From Candidatus Undinarchaeota archaeon (GTDB lineage Archaea > SpSt-1190 > JASMDC01), in contig CAZFHY010000014.1 in assembly GCA_964519305.1 (NCBI GenBank), positions 47,448-111,447 on the forward strand: a stretch of 64,000 nt of DNA, given 5' to 3'. The notes below the pieces were generated by a model, which ran no database searches, was not told the DNA's origin, and saw only the letters and a list, made by a program, of their open reading frames with translations. The number at the start of each line of letters is the position of its first letter. The first letter of the stretch is position 1. Both the position numbers and the translations under genes were made by a program. Of the stretch, positions 30,032 to 39,713 are shown piece after piece.

Positions 30032-30919
30032 ATGGATTACCTCTCTAGTCCACTATTGATGGTCGAAGACACGGATGATATGACCACAGAAAAGGTGGAG
30101 ACCATCGACAGGAGGACGATGCTCAACCGACTGGCCGCTCTCGGTATCGGACTGGTCGGACTACGGCTACTCAGCGACGGTCAGCTTCTGCGCGTGCTCC
30201 AGAGCGCCGAGCGTGAGCCTGAAGTTGCGTCAGCTCTATCAAAGAACAGTGGTGATCGTGTGGTTGTATCTAAAGGGAACGCGACCGACCTTGATCCGGA
30301 AGCCTCGCCCGAGGCCATACCTGCCGTAGGGGAGCTTGTCATCAGCCCTGACACCCGGCGGGACAACCGCGTGCCGCCCGGCCAGCGCCTGACGAAAGGA
30401 TTCCCGATAACCGGTGCCGGTCCCATTCAACGTATCGATCCGGCCCACTGGGAGTTCTCCATAACCGGGCTCGTGGATGAGGAACGGACGCTGTCCTTTG
30501 AGGAATTCGTTTCCCTTGAGCATGTCAAGGTGCTCTCGGACATCCATTGTGTCACGACCTGGTCACGCTTGGATAATGTTTGGGAAGGTATCTCGACCCA
30601 GAAGATCAAGGACATCGTCGGCATACGGCCGGAAGCCCGTTTCGTCATGATCCATGCAGCAGGGGGTTTCAGTGCGAACCTGCCTCTGGAGGACTTCTTC
30701 GAGGAGGATGTGCTTTTCGCACTCAAGCACAACGATCAGGAACTGAGCCCTGAGCACGGCTACCCGGTCCGCCTCGTCGTCCCACGGCTCTATTTCTGGA
30801 AGAGCGCCAAGTGGGTCACGGGCATCGAGTTCATGGCGGAGGACAAGGCTGGCTACTGGGAATCTCTCGGTTATCACATACGCGGAGATCCCTGGAAGGA
30901 AGAACGGTACAGCGGATAG
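30032..30919 (+). CDS. Sulfite oxidase-like molybdopterin oxidoreductase (YuiH/MsrP-like) with Tat-like N-terminus
   Basis: RVPPGQ, DIHCVTTWS, EHGYPVRLVVPRLYFWKSAKW, GYWE..GYH; IDRRTML twin-arginine-like motif; start may be 30059 or 30080. Confidence 0.9.
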   Translation: MDYLSSPLLMVEDTDDMTTEKVETIDRRTMLNRLAALGIGLVGLRLLSDGQLLRVLQSAEREPEVASALSKNSGDRVVVSKGNATDLDPEASPEAIPAVGELVISPDTRRDNRVPPGQRLTKGFPITGAGPIQRIDPAHWEFSITGLVDEERTLSFEEFVSLEHVKVLSDIHCVTTWSRLDNVWEGISTQKIKDIVGIRPEARFVMIHAAGGFSANLPLEDFFEEDVLFALKHNDQELSPEHGYPVRLVVPRLYFWKSAKWVTGIEFMAEDKAGYWESLGYHIRGDPWKEERYSG

Positions 30920-30955
30920 TGTTCTGCAAGTCAGTCCGAGGGTGTGTTCCCCGGT

Positions 30956-32107
30956 TCATTTGTCCTTCTTAGCTACCGATTCAGGTGGTAAGCGCTTGTA
31001 GAACACATGCCATGTCCGGTTTCCGATGTAGTTATGGAGCGTCGTACGGATGCGGTATCGACGCTCACGAAGAACGGTCGTGAGCATACCGCGTGCGGGA
31101 ACAGTAGCGAACACCTTAGCGATGCCCTTCTTAGCAAAATGCTGTTCGCATCGTTCCACCAGTCGAGCAGATGCTTCAAGGGCGAGCGGTCCGTCCATCT
31201 CCATGATGGCCGATTCTACGAATCCGCAGTCGTCCTGGATAGCGGCGATGAGCCTTCCTACACGCTTGACTCCTAATGTGGCCGAGAGCGTGGTCGTGGC
31301 GCGTCCCGCGGTATCGTTGGTCCGCGAGGACTCTGTCAGTATCGAGAGCTCATCACGGGGTACGAGAATGAGACGGTCCGGCTGGAGCGTCGTGTCCACA
31401 CCGTGGAACGGTGCATGGACGCGACGAAGGAGAAGCAGGACATTGTCCTGGATATACTTGAGCACCTGAGGCCGTTTACCCGGATCGACGTCCTCTGCTA
31501 GAATGACACCTGTGCGCATGCCATGGGTGAAGAGCTCTCTGATGACCGGATAAGGGACTGGCGGCGGTGGGAGCTCACGTCGCGGGGCCGTTGTCTTTCT
31601 AGGTCGTTCCTTCGGTAAGGGCGTCCCCTTGGGGACATAATATGCCCGTCGTGATGACTCGCGGATCTTCACGAGTTCCCTGGAGCGAACGAAACGCCGA
31701 TAGACGCTGGCGAAGGATAGGTATCGGCGGTCCGTAGAGGGTAGGTTCCTGCCGTAGACCATCTTTATCGCAGCTTTGTAGGTGAGCTTCCCGTCTCGTT
31801 TGAGGACCTTATCGAGCTTCGTGTAAGCCGCCTCATCACGTCGGACGCGACGAGCATGTCGCGGACCGCTACCCCTTCTTTTCGTCGACTTGGGTACGAA
31901 GACGAGGCGTCCTTTCGAGCGCCGGCCACGACATAGGCTCATCTCCCGAACGAACTGATCATAGAACGGACGTAGCTCAAGATAGCTGGGCGAACTAGAA
32001 CTCAGGCGACGGCCGAAGACTGCGTTTACAGCCTCGGTGTAAGTGAGTCGGCCGTTCTGATGCAGCAGTTGATGGAGGGTGGTGAACACGCTGTCCCTTT
32101 CGAGCAC
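30956..32107 (-). CDS. Hypothetical basic protein: two repeated helix-turn-helix-like units plus degenerate GNAT-like C-terminus
   Basis: Internal repeat GRLTYTEAVNAVFGRRL / GKLTYKAAIKMVYGRNL; TATA at 32138-32131 favours a GTG start at 32107 or 32089 rather than 32284. Confidence 0.6.
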   Translation of the reverse strand: MLERDSVFTTLHQLLHQNGRLTYTEAVNAVFGRRLSSSSPSYLELRPFYDQFVREMSLCRGRRSKGRLVFVPKSTKRRGSGPRHARRVRRDEAAYTKLDKVLKRDGKLTYKAAIKMVYGRNLPSTDRRYLSFASVYRRFVRSRELVKIRESSRRAYYVPKGTPLPKERPRKTTAPRRELPPPPVPYPVIRELFTHGMRTGVILAEDVDPGKRPQVLKYIQDNVLLLLRRVHAPFHGVDTTLQPDRLILVPRDELSILTESSRTNDTAGRATTTLSATLGVKRVGRLIAAIQDDCGFVESAIMEMDGPLALEASARLVERCEQHFAKKGIAKVFATVPARGMLTTVLRERRYRIRTTLHNYIGNRTWHVFYKRLPPESVAKKDK

Positions 32108-32150
32108 TGTTCGTGGCTGTGGTGCCCGTATTATATATGTTTGAGCCCGT

Positions 32151-33101
32151 TCAGTATTCGTAGTCAAGGGATGTTGTTTCGAACGTCTGTTCACCGCACT
32201 CGGAACAGTAGATACTGCCCTCTTGCTCGAGGGTGCAGTCAGGACATACATATCGTCCGCATGCCGAGCATTGCTCGGGATCATCAGTGTTGTTCCCGCA
32301 CACCGCGCACTCTCTAATGGACACGAGTGCGTCCATCGAATAATAGATCGCTGCGAGCGTGAGCAGAACGAGAGAGACCACGATGATGAGAACTACCTTG
32401 TTCTGCATCATAAGTTCCCATACGGTCTCGGGCGGGCGAGGTGTCGTCGATCCCTGGACCACGTCTTCCAGGGTCTTGTTCGTGATCTTCAGTTCAATGT
32501 CCTGAACGAACGCCATGTGGGACGGGCCCCTGCTACTCGTGAAGGGCTCCAGAACGACAAAATTCTCTCCAACGATGACCTTGCAGTTGTTCTTGTTCTT
32601 TAGCACTTCTTTACGGAACTTCGAGGCGAAGAGCTTCTTGCAGTCGTTCTCGAGAAAACCCTCGCAATCGAGCACGACACTGTCGATATGGCAGCATTTC
32701 TCTTCATTGTCTGGATCTTCGCATACCTTCACGGAGAAGGACGCGTGCTGCGCCAGATACATTCGTGAACCTTCCCTCACCGTGTGAACTGTCACGGTAT
32801 CGATGAACTTCTGTTCAAGGACATCGAACACATACGTGAGACGGTCGTTCACACCAGTGGGTCCGATGATGGCGACAGCACCCGTTTTGCTCTTTGGGCC
32901 GCATTCCTGGCCTTCAGCAATGGACGGGCATGCTCCGATTATCTTTTCCCTGTTCGTTTCACCGGGGAAGTAGACCGAATCGCCATTTAGCACAGGGTCC
33001 TGTGCAACTGCGAAAACAGTCAGGATGATCAAGCAGATTAGGACGTGTTTTATGACATGCCTGTAGCTGTTCTTTCGATCACCTCCCATCCTGATGTTCA
33101 C
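32151..33101 (-). CDS. Type I membrane protein with cytoplasmic zinc finger
   Basis: Signal peptide, Cys-containing ectodomain, TM helix, then CxxC-x9-CxxC-x4-CxxC-x9-CxxC. Confidence 0.75.
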   Translation of the reverse strand: MNIRMGGDRKNSYRHVIKHVLICLIILTVFAVAQDPVLNGDSVYFPGETNREKIIGACPSIAEGQECGPKSKTGAVAIIGPTGVNDRLTYVFDVLEQKFIDTVTVHTVREGSRMYLAQHASFSVKVCEDPDNEEKCCHIDSVVLDCEGFLENDCKKLFASKFRKEVLKNKNNCKVIVGENFVVLEPFTSSRGPSHMAFVQDIELKITNKTLEDVVQGSTTPRPPETVWELMMQNKVVLIIVVSLVLLTLAAIYYSMDALVSIRECAVCGNNTDDPEQCSACGRYVCPDCTLEQEGSIYCSECGEQTFETTSLDYEY

Positions 33102-33165
33102 TCTCTTCTTCTTAGTTTATAAAATTCCTTCCACGCCCGAAGGTCGGGGTGAACCTTCATAAATC

Positions 33166-33357
33166 ATGAGAGTAAATACCATGCCAACGGGGACCACGGA
33201 TATGGAGAACGAATACTTTGAATCTTACATGGCCGAACCCCACAATATGGGGAATGTGTTCGAGCAACTTGCTGAGCGCGAGCGTGACATGTGGATGTGC
33301 GAGCTGTACAAGGAGATCCAGCGAGACTACCACTTCTATTCCGTAGGCTGGCTATAG
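33166..33357 (+). CDS. Hypothetical small acidic protein
   Basis: ORF fills the intergenic gap; start uncertain. Confidence 0.4.
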   Translation: MRVNTMPTGTTDMENEYFESYMAEPHNMGNVFEQLAERERDMWMCELYKEIQRDYHFYSVGWL

Positions 33358-33406
33358 ATCGCCGTCCCCACCCCCTAGGTTCACTTTATATTGTTTGACT
33401 TAGTCA

Positions 33407-34126
33407 ATGGATTCGATGGCCAAGGGTGCGTCGGACAAACAGAAGGACCTTTCTGACGAGAAGAAACGGATCCTTAAAGAGCTCCTGAAAGTGGAGAAGG
33501 AGGAGCTTCGTATCGCCGAGACCGAACGGAAGCTTGCCCGGGACATCAAGACCATCGAAGCAGAAGAGCACCGTATCGAAGAGGCAGAACACCGGATTTC
33601 CGAAACGGAGCGTCGTCTTAGTCAAGCTGAGCGTAAGCTCGAACGGGATCTTTCCATGGTCGCTGCCGGGGAGAAGCGGATCGAGGCCGAAGAGATCAAG
33701 ATCGAGGAGGCCGAGGAGAAGATCGAAGAAGGTATCCGGAAGTTGGCCAAAGAAGAGCGCAAGATCGAGGCCGAGGAGCGCAAGATCGAAGCGGTCGAGA
33801 AGAATCTCGAAAAGAATATCGAGAAGCTCGCCAAGGAAGAGAGGCGTATCGAGGTCGAGGAGCGCAAGATCGAGGAAGCCGAGCAGAAGATCGCCAAAGA
33901 TATCAAGACCATCGAGGAGAAGGAAGACGAGATCATTCGCACCGAGAAGCGCCTCGTTGAGACCGAGGAGTTCCTCAGACACGAGACCAAGGTCATCGAG
34001 TTCCTAGCCTTCATGGGCATCCTCTTTCTTGTGATGATACTCGCGGCCCTGGGATTCTATATATTCTCTGGCGGTATCATTGCGGGAGCACCTCCGGTGA
34101 ACGTGACCGGTGCGGGCGTACCCTGA
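33407..34126 (+). CDS. Tail-anchored heptad-repeat coiled-coil protein
   Basis: Repeated E-R/H-K/R-I-E-A/E-E units over ~190 aa; single C-terminal TM helix. Confidence 0.8.
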   Translation: MDSMAKGASDKQKDLSDEKKRILKELLKVEKEELRIAETERKLARDIKTIEAEEHRIEEAEHRISETERRLSQAERKLERDLSMVAAGEKRIEAEEIKIEEAEEKIEEGIRKLAKEERKIEAEERKIEAVEKNLEKNIEKLAKEERRIEVEERKIEEAEQKIAKDIKTIEEKEDEIIRTEKRLVETEEFLRHETKVIEFLAFMGILFLVMILAALGFYIFSGGIIAGAPPVNVTGAGVP

Positions 34127-34244
34127 GGACCTCGTCCGGATTCCTGAAGGATTAGTTTTCATCGAGCGATCGCCCTAGATTGTCGACGATCACGAGAAAA
34201 CCGCGAACAGGCGAGGGTTTGCCACTCGTTAGGAGTTACAAAAA

Positions 34245-34259
34245 AGGAAAACTATATAA
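34245..34259 (+). promoter_or_regulatory. BRE-TATA promoter
   Basis: AGGAAAAC-TATATAA about 40 nt upstream of ATG 34299. Confidence 0.6.
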
Positions 34260-34298
34260 GGCCCGGGCGACACTAGTATCATCGGGTGTGGGTTTAAG

Positions 34299-35984
34299 AT
34301 GACTAATTCGCTTGATGTCGATGATCTAAAGGCCGATGTGAAGGAAGCGGCCAAGCGTGTAAAGGGGGTTATCGACAAGGGAGGAAAGATCCTCGTTGTC
34401 AGTCACAGCGGCGACACCGACGGAGAGACCGGAGGTGCTATCGCTCTAAAGGGCATTTCCCGCGCCTATGGATTCGACAGGCCCTATCTCTGGGACAACA
34501 GGGACGGCACCTTCGATGTGAAGGGGACACAGGGTAAGATCGATTACATGCCCGCATCATACAATCCTGACTCCGTGGAAAAGGTCGTCGAGATGGCCAA
34601 CTCGGGTCAGTACGACATGGTTCTCGCGTTCGACTGGGGTTCTGGCCTGCTTCGCTCCCTAGGAAAGATCGACAACAAGGTCAGCGTGATCCTCGGTGAC
34701 CATCATACTCAAGACATCTCAGAGACAGAGCGACAGAAGCCCGAGTACCAGAACATCCTGGAGATCAATCCCAACCGGTACGGTCTCGATGAGGGCAAGG
34801 ACGCCTGTGGTGCTTCTCTCTCTTATCTGGTCGCAAAGGGCGTGGACCCGCGTAACAAGGACCTTGCAGGCCTCGCCGTAATCGGCGCAAAGGGTGACAT
34901 GCAGGACTTCAAGCGCGACGGTCTTGAGGGCGACATATACAAGGAGATACTCGCTGACGCCACTTCCTCGACCGGTACCAACAAGGTAACTGCCGAAAAG
35001 GGCTTCATCGTGTACGGACGGGACACAGTAGAGGTCCCCAAGCAGCTTCTCACCTACTACAACCGCTCCGGTCCTCTCACACGAGCACTTGTGGCCAACC
35101 ACGGGCTCGACCAGGACATCAGCCGCCGCAGGCTGCTCACAGCGTTCGGTAAGATAATGACGAACGACTGGGGCATGGACGTGAAAGACAAGACGCTCTC
35201 ACAGCTCTCCGACAAGGAGCAGAAGGAGATGTTCGACCACGTCTACCAGGAGCTCACGGACAGTGGTTACAAGATCGACAGGGCCCGGTTCGACGATGAG
35301 ATAACGGGCACGGTCTTCACGCTCGACAACCAGCCCGAGGGCACCAAGTGGCACAACGCCTCCGAATATTCCACAATCACCTCAGCCTGCTCGAAGATGG
35401 GCGAGCATGCTACTGCGATAAACGCGCTCCTCGACCACAAGCAGTCGAGGGATCGAGCAGAGAACACTGTCTACAAGGGTTACAGACGCGAGATCGGAAG
35501 GGCTCTCGGCCAGGTCAAGTACGAGGACCGTGAAGATATCCGTGTCGCCGACGCCTCCGGACACAGGGCCACCATCACTGGTATCCTCGCCGGTATCTAC
35601 GTGGACGACGATTTCGAGAAGCCCATGGTCAGCGTCGTCTACTCCAAGCTCCCTGGCGGTGGCTACAAGGGCTCGGTCCGCAGACCCGTGGACTCGCCCC
35701 TCTCCTGCTCGGACATGTGCCGCATCGCCGACAACTACGGAGGCGAGGGCGGCGGCCACCCGTTCGCTGCCGGATTCTTCGCCCCCGACGAGAAGGCCCT
35801 GAACAGCATACTCACCGACATGGAGGCATACGCCAAGCAGGGCGGCGGCTCGTACGCTGCCAGCACTCCTGGCGCCAGCCTCAAACCCTACGAGCAGTTC
35901 ATCATGCCGGGCTCCACAGGGATCAGCGGAAGGGATAACCACGTCCAGATCGAGGCGCCCGCCGAGGGCTACCAGATCGGATAG
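34299..35984 (+). CDS. RecJ/GAN-like DHH family nuclease
   Basis: HSGDTDG, FDWGSG, GDHH, INPNRYGLD, GAKGDMQ, GGGHPFAAG. Confidence 0.85.
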   Translation: MTNSLDVDDLKADVKEAAKRVKGVIDKGGKILVVSHSGDTDGETGGAIALKGISRAYGFDRPYLWDNRDGTFDVKGTQGKIDYMPASYNPDSVEKVVEMANSGQYDMVLAFDWGSGLLRSLGKIDNKVSVILGDHHTQDISETERQKPEYQNILEINPNRYGLDEGKDACGASLSYLVAKGVDPRNKDLAGLAVIGAKGDMQDFKRDGLEGDIYKEILADATSSTGTNKVTAEKGFIVYGRDTVEVPKQLLTYYNRSGPLTRALVANHGLDQDISRRRLLTAFGKIMTNDWGMDVKDKTLSQLSDKEQKEMFDHVYQELTDSGYKIDRARFDDEITGTVFTLDNQPEGTKWHNASEYSTITSACSKMGEHATAINALLDHKQSRDRAENTVYKGYRREIGRALGQVKYEDREDIRVADASGHRATITGILAGIYVDDDFEKPMVSVVYSKLPGGGYKGSVRRPVDSPLSCSDMCRIADNYGGEGGGHPFAAGFFAPDEKALNSILTDMEAYAKQGGGSYAASTPGASLKPYEQFIMPGSTGISGRDNHVQIEAPAEGYQIG

Positions 35985-36192
35985 AGCTGCAAGCGCACCT
36001 AAGCACTCACCACGCCCCCAAGGTAGATACTGACCAGCGCGTTGACGGCCGTCCCACCCACCCAACGGCCACCGACCTGCTGTCCTTGTCTGCTATCGAG
36101 GTGCGCTGGCAGGATACGGATGTCCCGTACATAGATCGGTACGTCACATACGGAGGTCGGGCTCCAGGACGTGACATTTTTCAATCTAGCTG

Positions 36193-36537
36193 ATGATACA
36201 GTACTCGATGGTTCCTCCAGAGCAGATAAAGGTGCGATGTCCCGGCTGTGGGGTGCGGATGGGTGAAGCTCACCACCGTGCTTGCATGATCCCCATTTGC
36301 TCCGTTTGCGGAGAGCCTTTGAACCAGTGCGGGCACTTCCCGGAGGGTAACACCGTATGGAACGGTATCCAGCACCGGGAAGAGGTGCTCGTAGCCGAGT
36401 TGCTAGGCCTCTTCGTGAAGTGGACCGGGAGCGAATGGATAACCTGTCCGCCTGAGGACCCGGGGGCCCGATACGATCTCGTTCGCGCGTCGATGATCAT
36501 CAAGAAGGCTCTCAGGAAGATCCGGGGCAATCTGTGA
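36193..36537 (+). CDS. Small zinc-binding hypothetical protein
   Basis: CPGC...H...C...CSVC...CGH. Confidence 0.6.
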   Translation: MIQYSMVPPEQIKVRCPGCGVRMGEAHHRACMIPICSVCGEPLNQCGHFPEGNTVWNGIQHREEVLVAELLGLFVKWTGSEWITCPPEDPGARYDLVRASMIIKKALRKIRGNL

Positions 36538-36611
36538 TCGTGACCGGTTGACCTGGACAGCGAGAGCTCAACGTGTTGAGATCGATTCCTTTCCGAAGGC
36601 TACGGTGCACA

Positions 36612-37622
36612 CTAGAGCGATTCTAGGATGAAGCCGTTCTCCATCACGTCGGCCGCGGGCAGGTCCTGTGGTTTGATCGAAGGTTTACGCGCCCTGGACC
36701 GGTTCCTCCGTGCCCGTCGCTCGCCCGGCGGCTCGAGGTTGAGATGCTCCTTGAGCTCATGGTACCGGTTCCGCAATGTGATCTCCGTGATACCGGCCAC
36801 GGAGGCGGCCTGCTTCTGGGTGAAGCCCATCCCCTTGATCCTCGCTGCTAGGTAGAGGGCCGCGAGGGCGATCCCCTTAGGGTCCTTACCGTTGGTGATG
36901 TTCGTCTGTTCGGCAGCGCGAGTGATGCGGACTGCCTCCATCTCGACATCACGCGGTAGTTCCAGTGCCGAGGCGTACTTGGGGATGAAGTCCTCAGGGG
37001 AGGCGGGAGTGATCTTGATACCGAGCCCTCGTGATACGAGCCTGTGGGCCTTCCCGATGTCACGCTTGGGGATGCGGAACACCTGCGAGAGGTCCTTGAG
37101 GGTCACGGGGCACTTGTTCTGCTTGCATACGGCGTAGAGGACGCCTGCGAGCACGCACTCTGACGAGCGTCCACGGATGCCCCGCTTCTTGAGGAAGTTA
37201 CGGTAGAGGAAAGCGGCCTGCTCCTCGACGATACGGGGCAGGTTAAGGAACGAGGTCGCGCGGGTGAGCTCCGTTAGCCCCTCTTTTAGCGTGACGTCCT
37301 TGGACGGGGTTGAGAACCTGTTCTGCCATTTGCTCAAACGCTGGTACTGGTTGCGCATCTGACCGTTGGGCAGTTTGTTGAGATCTGCGGACGTACCGAT
37401 CTTGGTCGCAAGTCCGCCGTCATGCTTGGTGAGCGAGAGTGGTGCTCCAACGCGCTCCTTGTCGTTACTGGAGTCATCGCTGAACGATCGCCATTCCTTG
37501 TTGGTATCCACCATTGATTCGCTGATAACGAGGCCGCAGGAGGAGCAGATGAGCTCGGCACGAATGGCGTCGTTTTGAAGATTGTTTGAACCGCATTCAG
37601 GACAGTCGTTGATGAACTCCAT
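36612..37622 (-). CDS. tfb: Transcription initiation factor IIB (TFB)
   Basis: CPEC..CSSCG zinc ribbon, EWRSF, RVGAP, two cyclin repeats, GKDP, TEITLRNRYHEL. Confidence 0.97.
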   Translation of the reverse strand: MEFINDCPECGSNNLQNDAIRAELICSSCGLVISESMVDTNKEWRSFSDDSSNDKERVGAPLSLTKHDGGLATKIGTSADLNKLPNGQMRNQYQRLSKWQNRFSTPSKDVTLKEGLTELTRATSFLNLPRIVEEQAAFLYRNFLKKRGIRGRSSECVLAGVLYAVCKQNKCPVTLKDLSQVFRIPKRDIGKAHRLVSRGLGIKITPASPEDFIPKYASALELPRDVEMEAVRITRAAEQTNITNGKDPKGIALAALYLAARIKGMGFTQKQAASVAGITEITLRNRYHELKEHLNLEPPGERRARRNRSRARKPSIKPQDLPAADVMENGFILESL

Positions 37623-37799
37623 TGGAGGTATCCGTCGAAATTTCGCCCTTATATATGTTTTCTTTTATGCGAAAGTTTCAGGCCGCATACCATAATTTCA
37701 CGAAGTATTACGATAGCTCCGTGCATTGTTCTCACGCCGTTAATTACCGGAGAGACGCCCGCAGATAATCGACGCCTTTTTAAACTCAGACTTTCCTCT

Positions 37800-38330
37800 T
37801 TGATAGGGATGGAACTGCTCCACATCCTTGCCCTCATCGTGTTAGGGGCCTTGGTTGTGTATATTATCAACGAGCGGCGTGCATTGTACTTCCCAAGTAC
37901 GCGCCGTATAGTGGATACAATAGCGGAGTTTGCCCAAATAAAGGACGGTGATGTGGCCGTGGACCTTGGGGCGGGTGATGGGCGCGTATGCATAGAATTG
38001 GCGCGGCGTGGGGCCGTATGCATCGGTATAGAGCGTAATCCTTTCCTTTTCTGGAGAGCTTCGAACAAGGTCGCTGCAACGGAGGTGGAGGACAGGATCA
38101 CCCTCGTCAAGCAGGACCTCAATGACTATGACCTGTCAGGTGCGTCCGTCGTCGTGGCTTTCCTCTCCCAGACCACAACGTACCCGCTCAAGGACAAGGT
38201 CCTGAAAGAAACGCGGCCTGGGACCCGTGTCATTCTTGTCGACCATCGCTTCGAGGACTGGGAGCCGGAGAAGATGGTTACCGTCCAGCGGATACCTGTC
38301 AGATTATATGTCGTCCCGGGGGCGAGCTAG
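37800..38330 (+). CDS. Class I SAM-dependent methyltransferase with N-terminal TM
   Basis: YFPS, VDLGAGDGR, GIERNP. Confidence 0.88.
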   Translation: MIGMELLHILALIVLGALVVYIINERRALYFPSTRRIVDTIAEFAQIKDGDVAVDLGAGDGRVCIELARRGAVCIGIERNPFLFWRASNKVAATEVEDRITLVKQDLNDYDLSGASVVVAFLSQTTTYPLKDKVLKETRPGTRVILVDHRFEDWEPEKMVTVQRIPVRLYVVPGAS

Positions 38331-39136
38331 AACTCAAGCCTTGTCCGCAGCGGCTTGTTGGATGGTTCGGTGGTGGCGATGACCTCCACGTGCTCACGGA
38401 GCGCACTGGAACTTATCTTCTTACCGAGGATGCGCTGGACCTGGAAGATGCCCGCGGACTCTGTCATCTCCACCTCGAACCGGAGCGGCTTCTCTTTCCC
38501 CTCCACGATCCTGATCTTCCGGACGGCCATGGCTGATACTGAATGGATGTCCACCTTGCCGAGCTTGTAGGGGATGCGGGAGCGGCCTGCGGCAAGATCG
38601 GTCCCATCGGCCACGGACACGATGCCTGACTCCAATGTGAGGGATTCGAGCTCCGGGTGCTCGTACACATCGTGGACATAGATACAGTTGAGGATCTCTG
38701 TCATGATCCGTGTGCGGACCATCACATCGGGGAAAATCTTGGGGAGGAGCCGGTCGAGCACTCCCTTTGCGAGCGTCACGGAGTGGATGAAGTGGTTGTC
38801 GCGGTGGACGGCATTGCCCACATCATGGAGGTAGGCGCCAGCGGCCACGATACAACGCAGGTCGTCAGAATCAATAGATAGTAGCTTGGCCGTCTCCGAG
38901 GTGATGCCGGCGTTCTCGAGTATCCGCATCATGCGCAGAGCGTTATTAGCGACGATGAGAGCATGGGTGCGTCCATGGTCCGTGAAACCGTACCGGAGGA
39001 TCATCATAGTGTTAGCCTGCTCGAGGAGCGCGTCCGTCTCCTTGTCCTTTCGGAGCAGGTCCATGAGACCGGCGGCTTTTGGGGATGAGCGCAGCTCCTT
39101 ATCGATGCCTTTTGAAGCGCGCTGGGCGATGTCCAT
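38327..39136 (-). CDS. HD superfamily phosphohydrolase (COG3294-like)
   Basis: GFTDHGRTH, YLHDVGN.VHR..H, VADGTD...GRSRIPY; start at MDIAQ (39136). Confidence 0.88.
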   Translation of the reverse strand: MDIAQRASKGIDKELRSSPKAAGLMDLLRKDKETDALLEQANTMMILRYGFTDHGRTHALIVANNALRMMRILENAGITSETAKLLSIDSDDLRCIVAAGAYLHDVGNAVHRDNHFIHSVTLAKGVLDRLLPKIFPDVMVRTRIMTEILNCIYVHDVYEHPELESLTLESGIVSVADGTDLAAGRSRIPYKLGKVDIHSVSAMAVRKIRIVEGKEKPLRFEVEMTESAGIFQVQRILGKKISSSALREHVEVIATTEPSNKPLRTRLEF

Positions 39137-39239
39137 GGAGCCCACCGCCAGCGCAAACCTTAAAAATTGAGGCGGCGTCCGCAGGCATCTGAGGACGACC
39201 CGGTCCGTATATCGGGCTTGGTCGTGCCTGTCGAGGTGC

Positions 39240-39701
39240 ATGAATTTGGCACGTATGTATGCAAGAAAGCGTGGAAGTTCAGGGTCCACCAGGCCCCTGC
39301 GGACCACTGCTCCCAACTGGATACGGCACTCGGCCAAAGAGGTCGAACTGCTCGTTGTAAAGCTCCGGCGTGAGGGGATGGACCCCTCCAAGATCGGTCT
39401 AACGCTCAGGGATTCCTACGGTATCCCTTCCGTGAAGATCATCACCGGTAAGAAGATCACTCAGGTGCTCAAGGAGCACAAGATGCCCCTGGCCCTTCCC
39501 GAGGACCTTTCGAACCTCATCAAGAAGGCCATTCGCGTCCACAAGCATCTTGGGCCCAACAGGAAGGACCTGCATTCCAAGCGAGGACTACAGCTGAACG
39601 AGGCCAAGATCAGGCGGATGGTCAAGTACTACAAGCGACAGGGGATCCTCCCCGCCGAATGGAAGTACACTGCCGACAAGGCCGCGCTGCTGGTAGAGTA
39701 G
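39240..39701 (+). CDS. rps15: 30S ribosomal protein S15 (uS15)
   Basis: ARMYARKRGSSGS, IGLTLRDSYGIP, PEDL, KDLHSKRGL. Confidence 0.98.
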   Translation: MNLARMYARKRGSSGSTRPLRTTAPNWIRHSAKEVELLVVKLRREGMDPSKIGLTLRDSYGIPSVKIITGKKITQVLKEHKMPLALPEDLSNLIKKAIRVHKHLGPNRKDLHSKRGLQLNEAKIRRMVKYYKRQGILPAEWKYTADKAALLVE

Positions 39702-39713
39702 GAGGGGTGAGGC

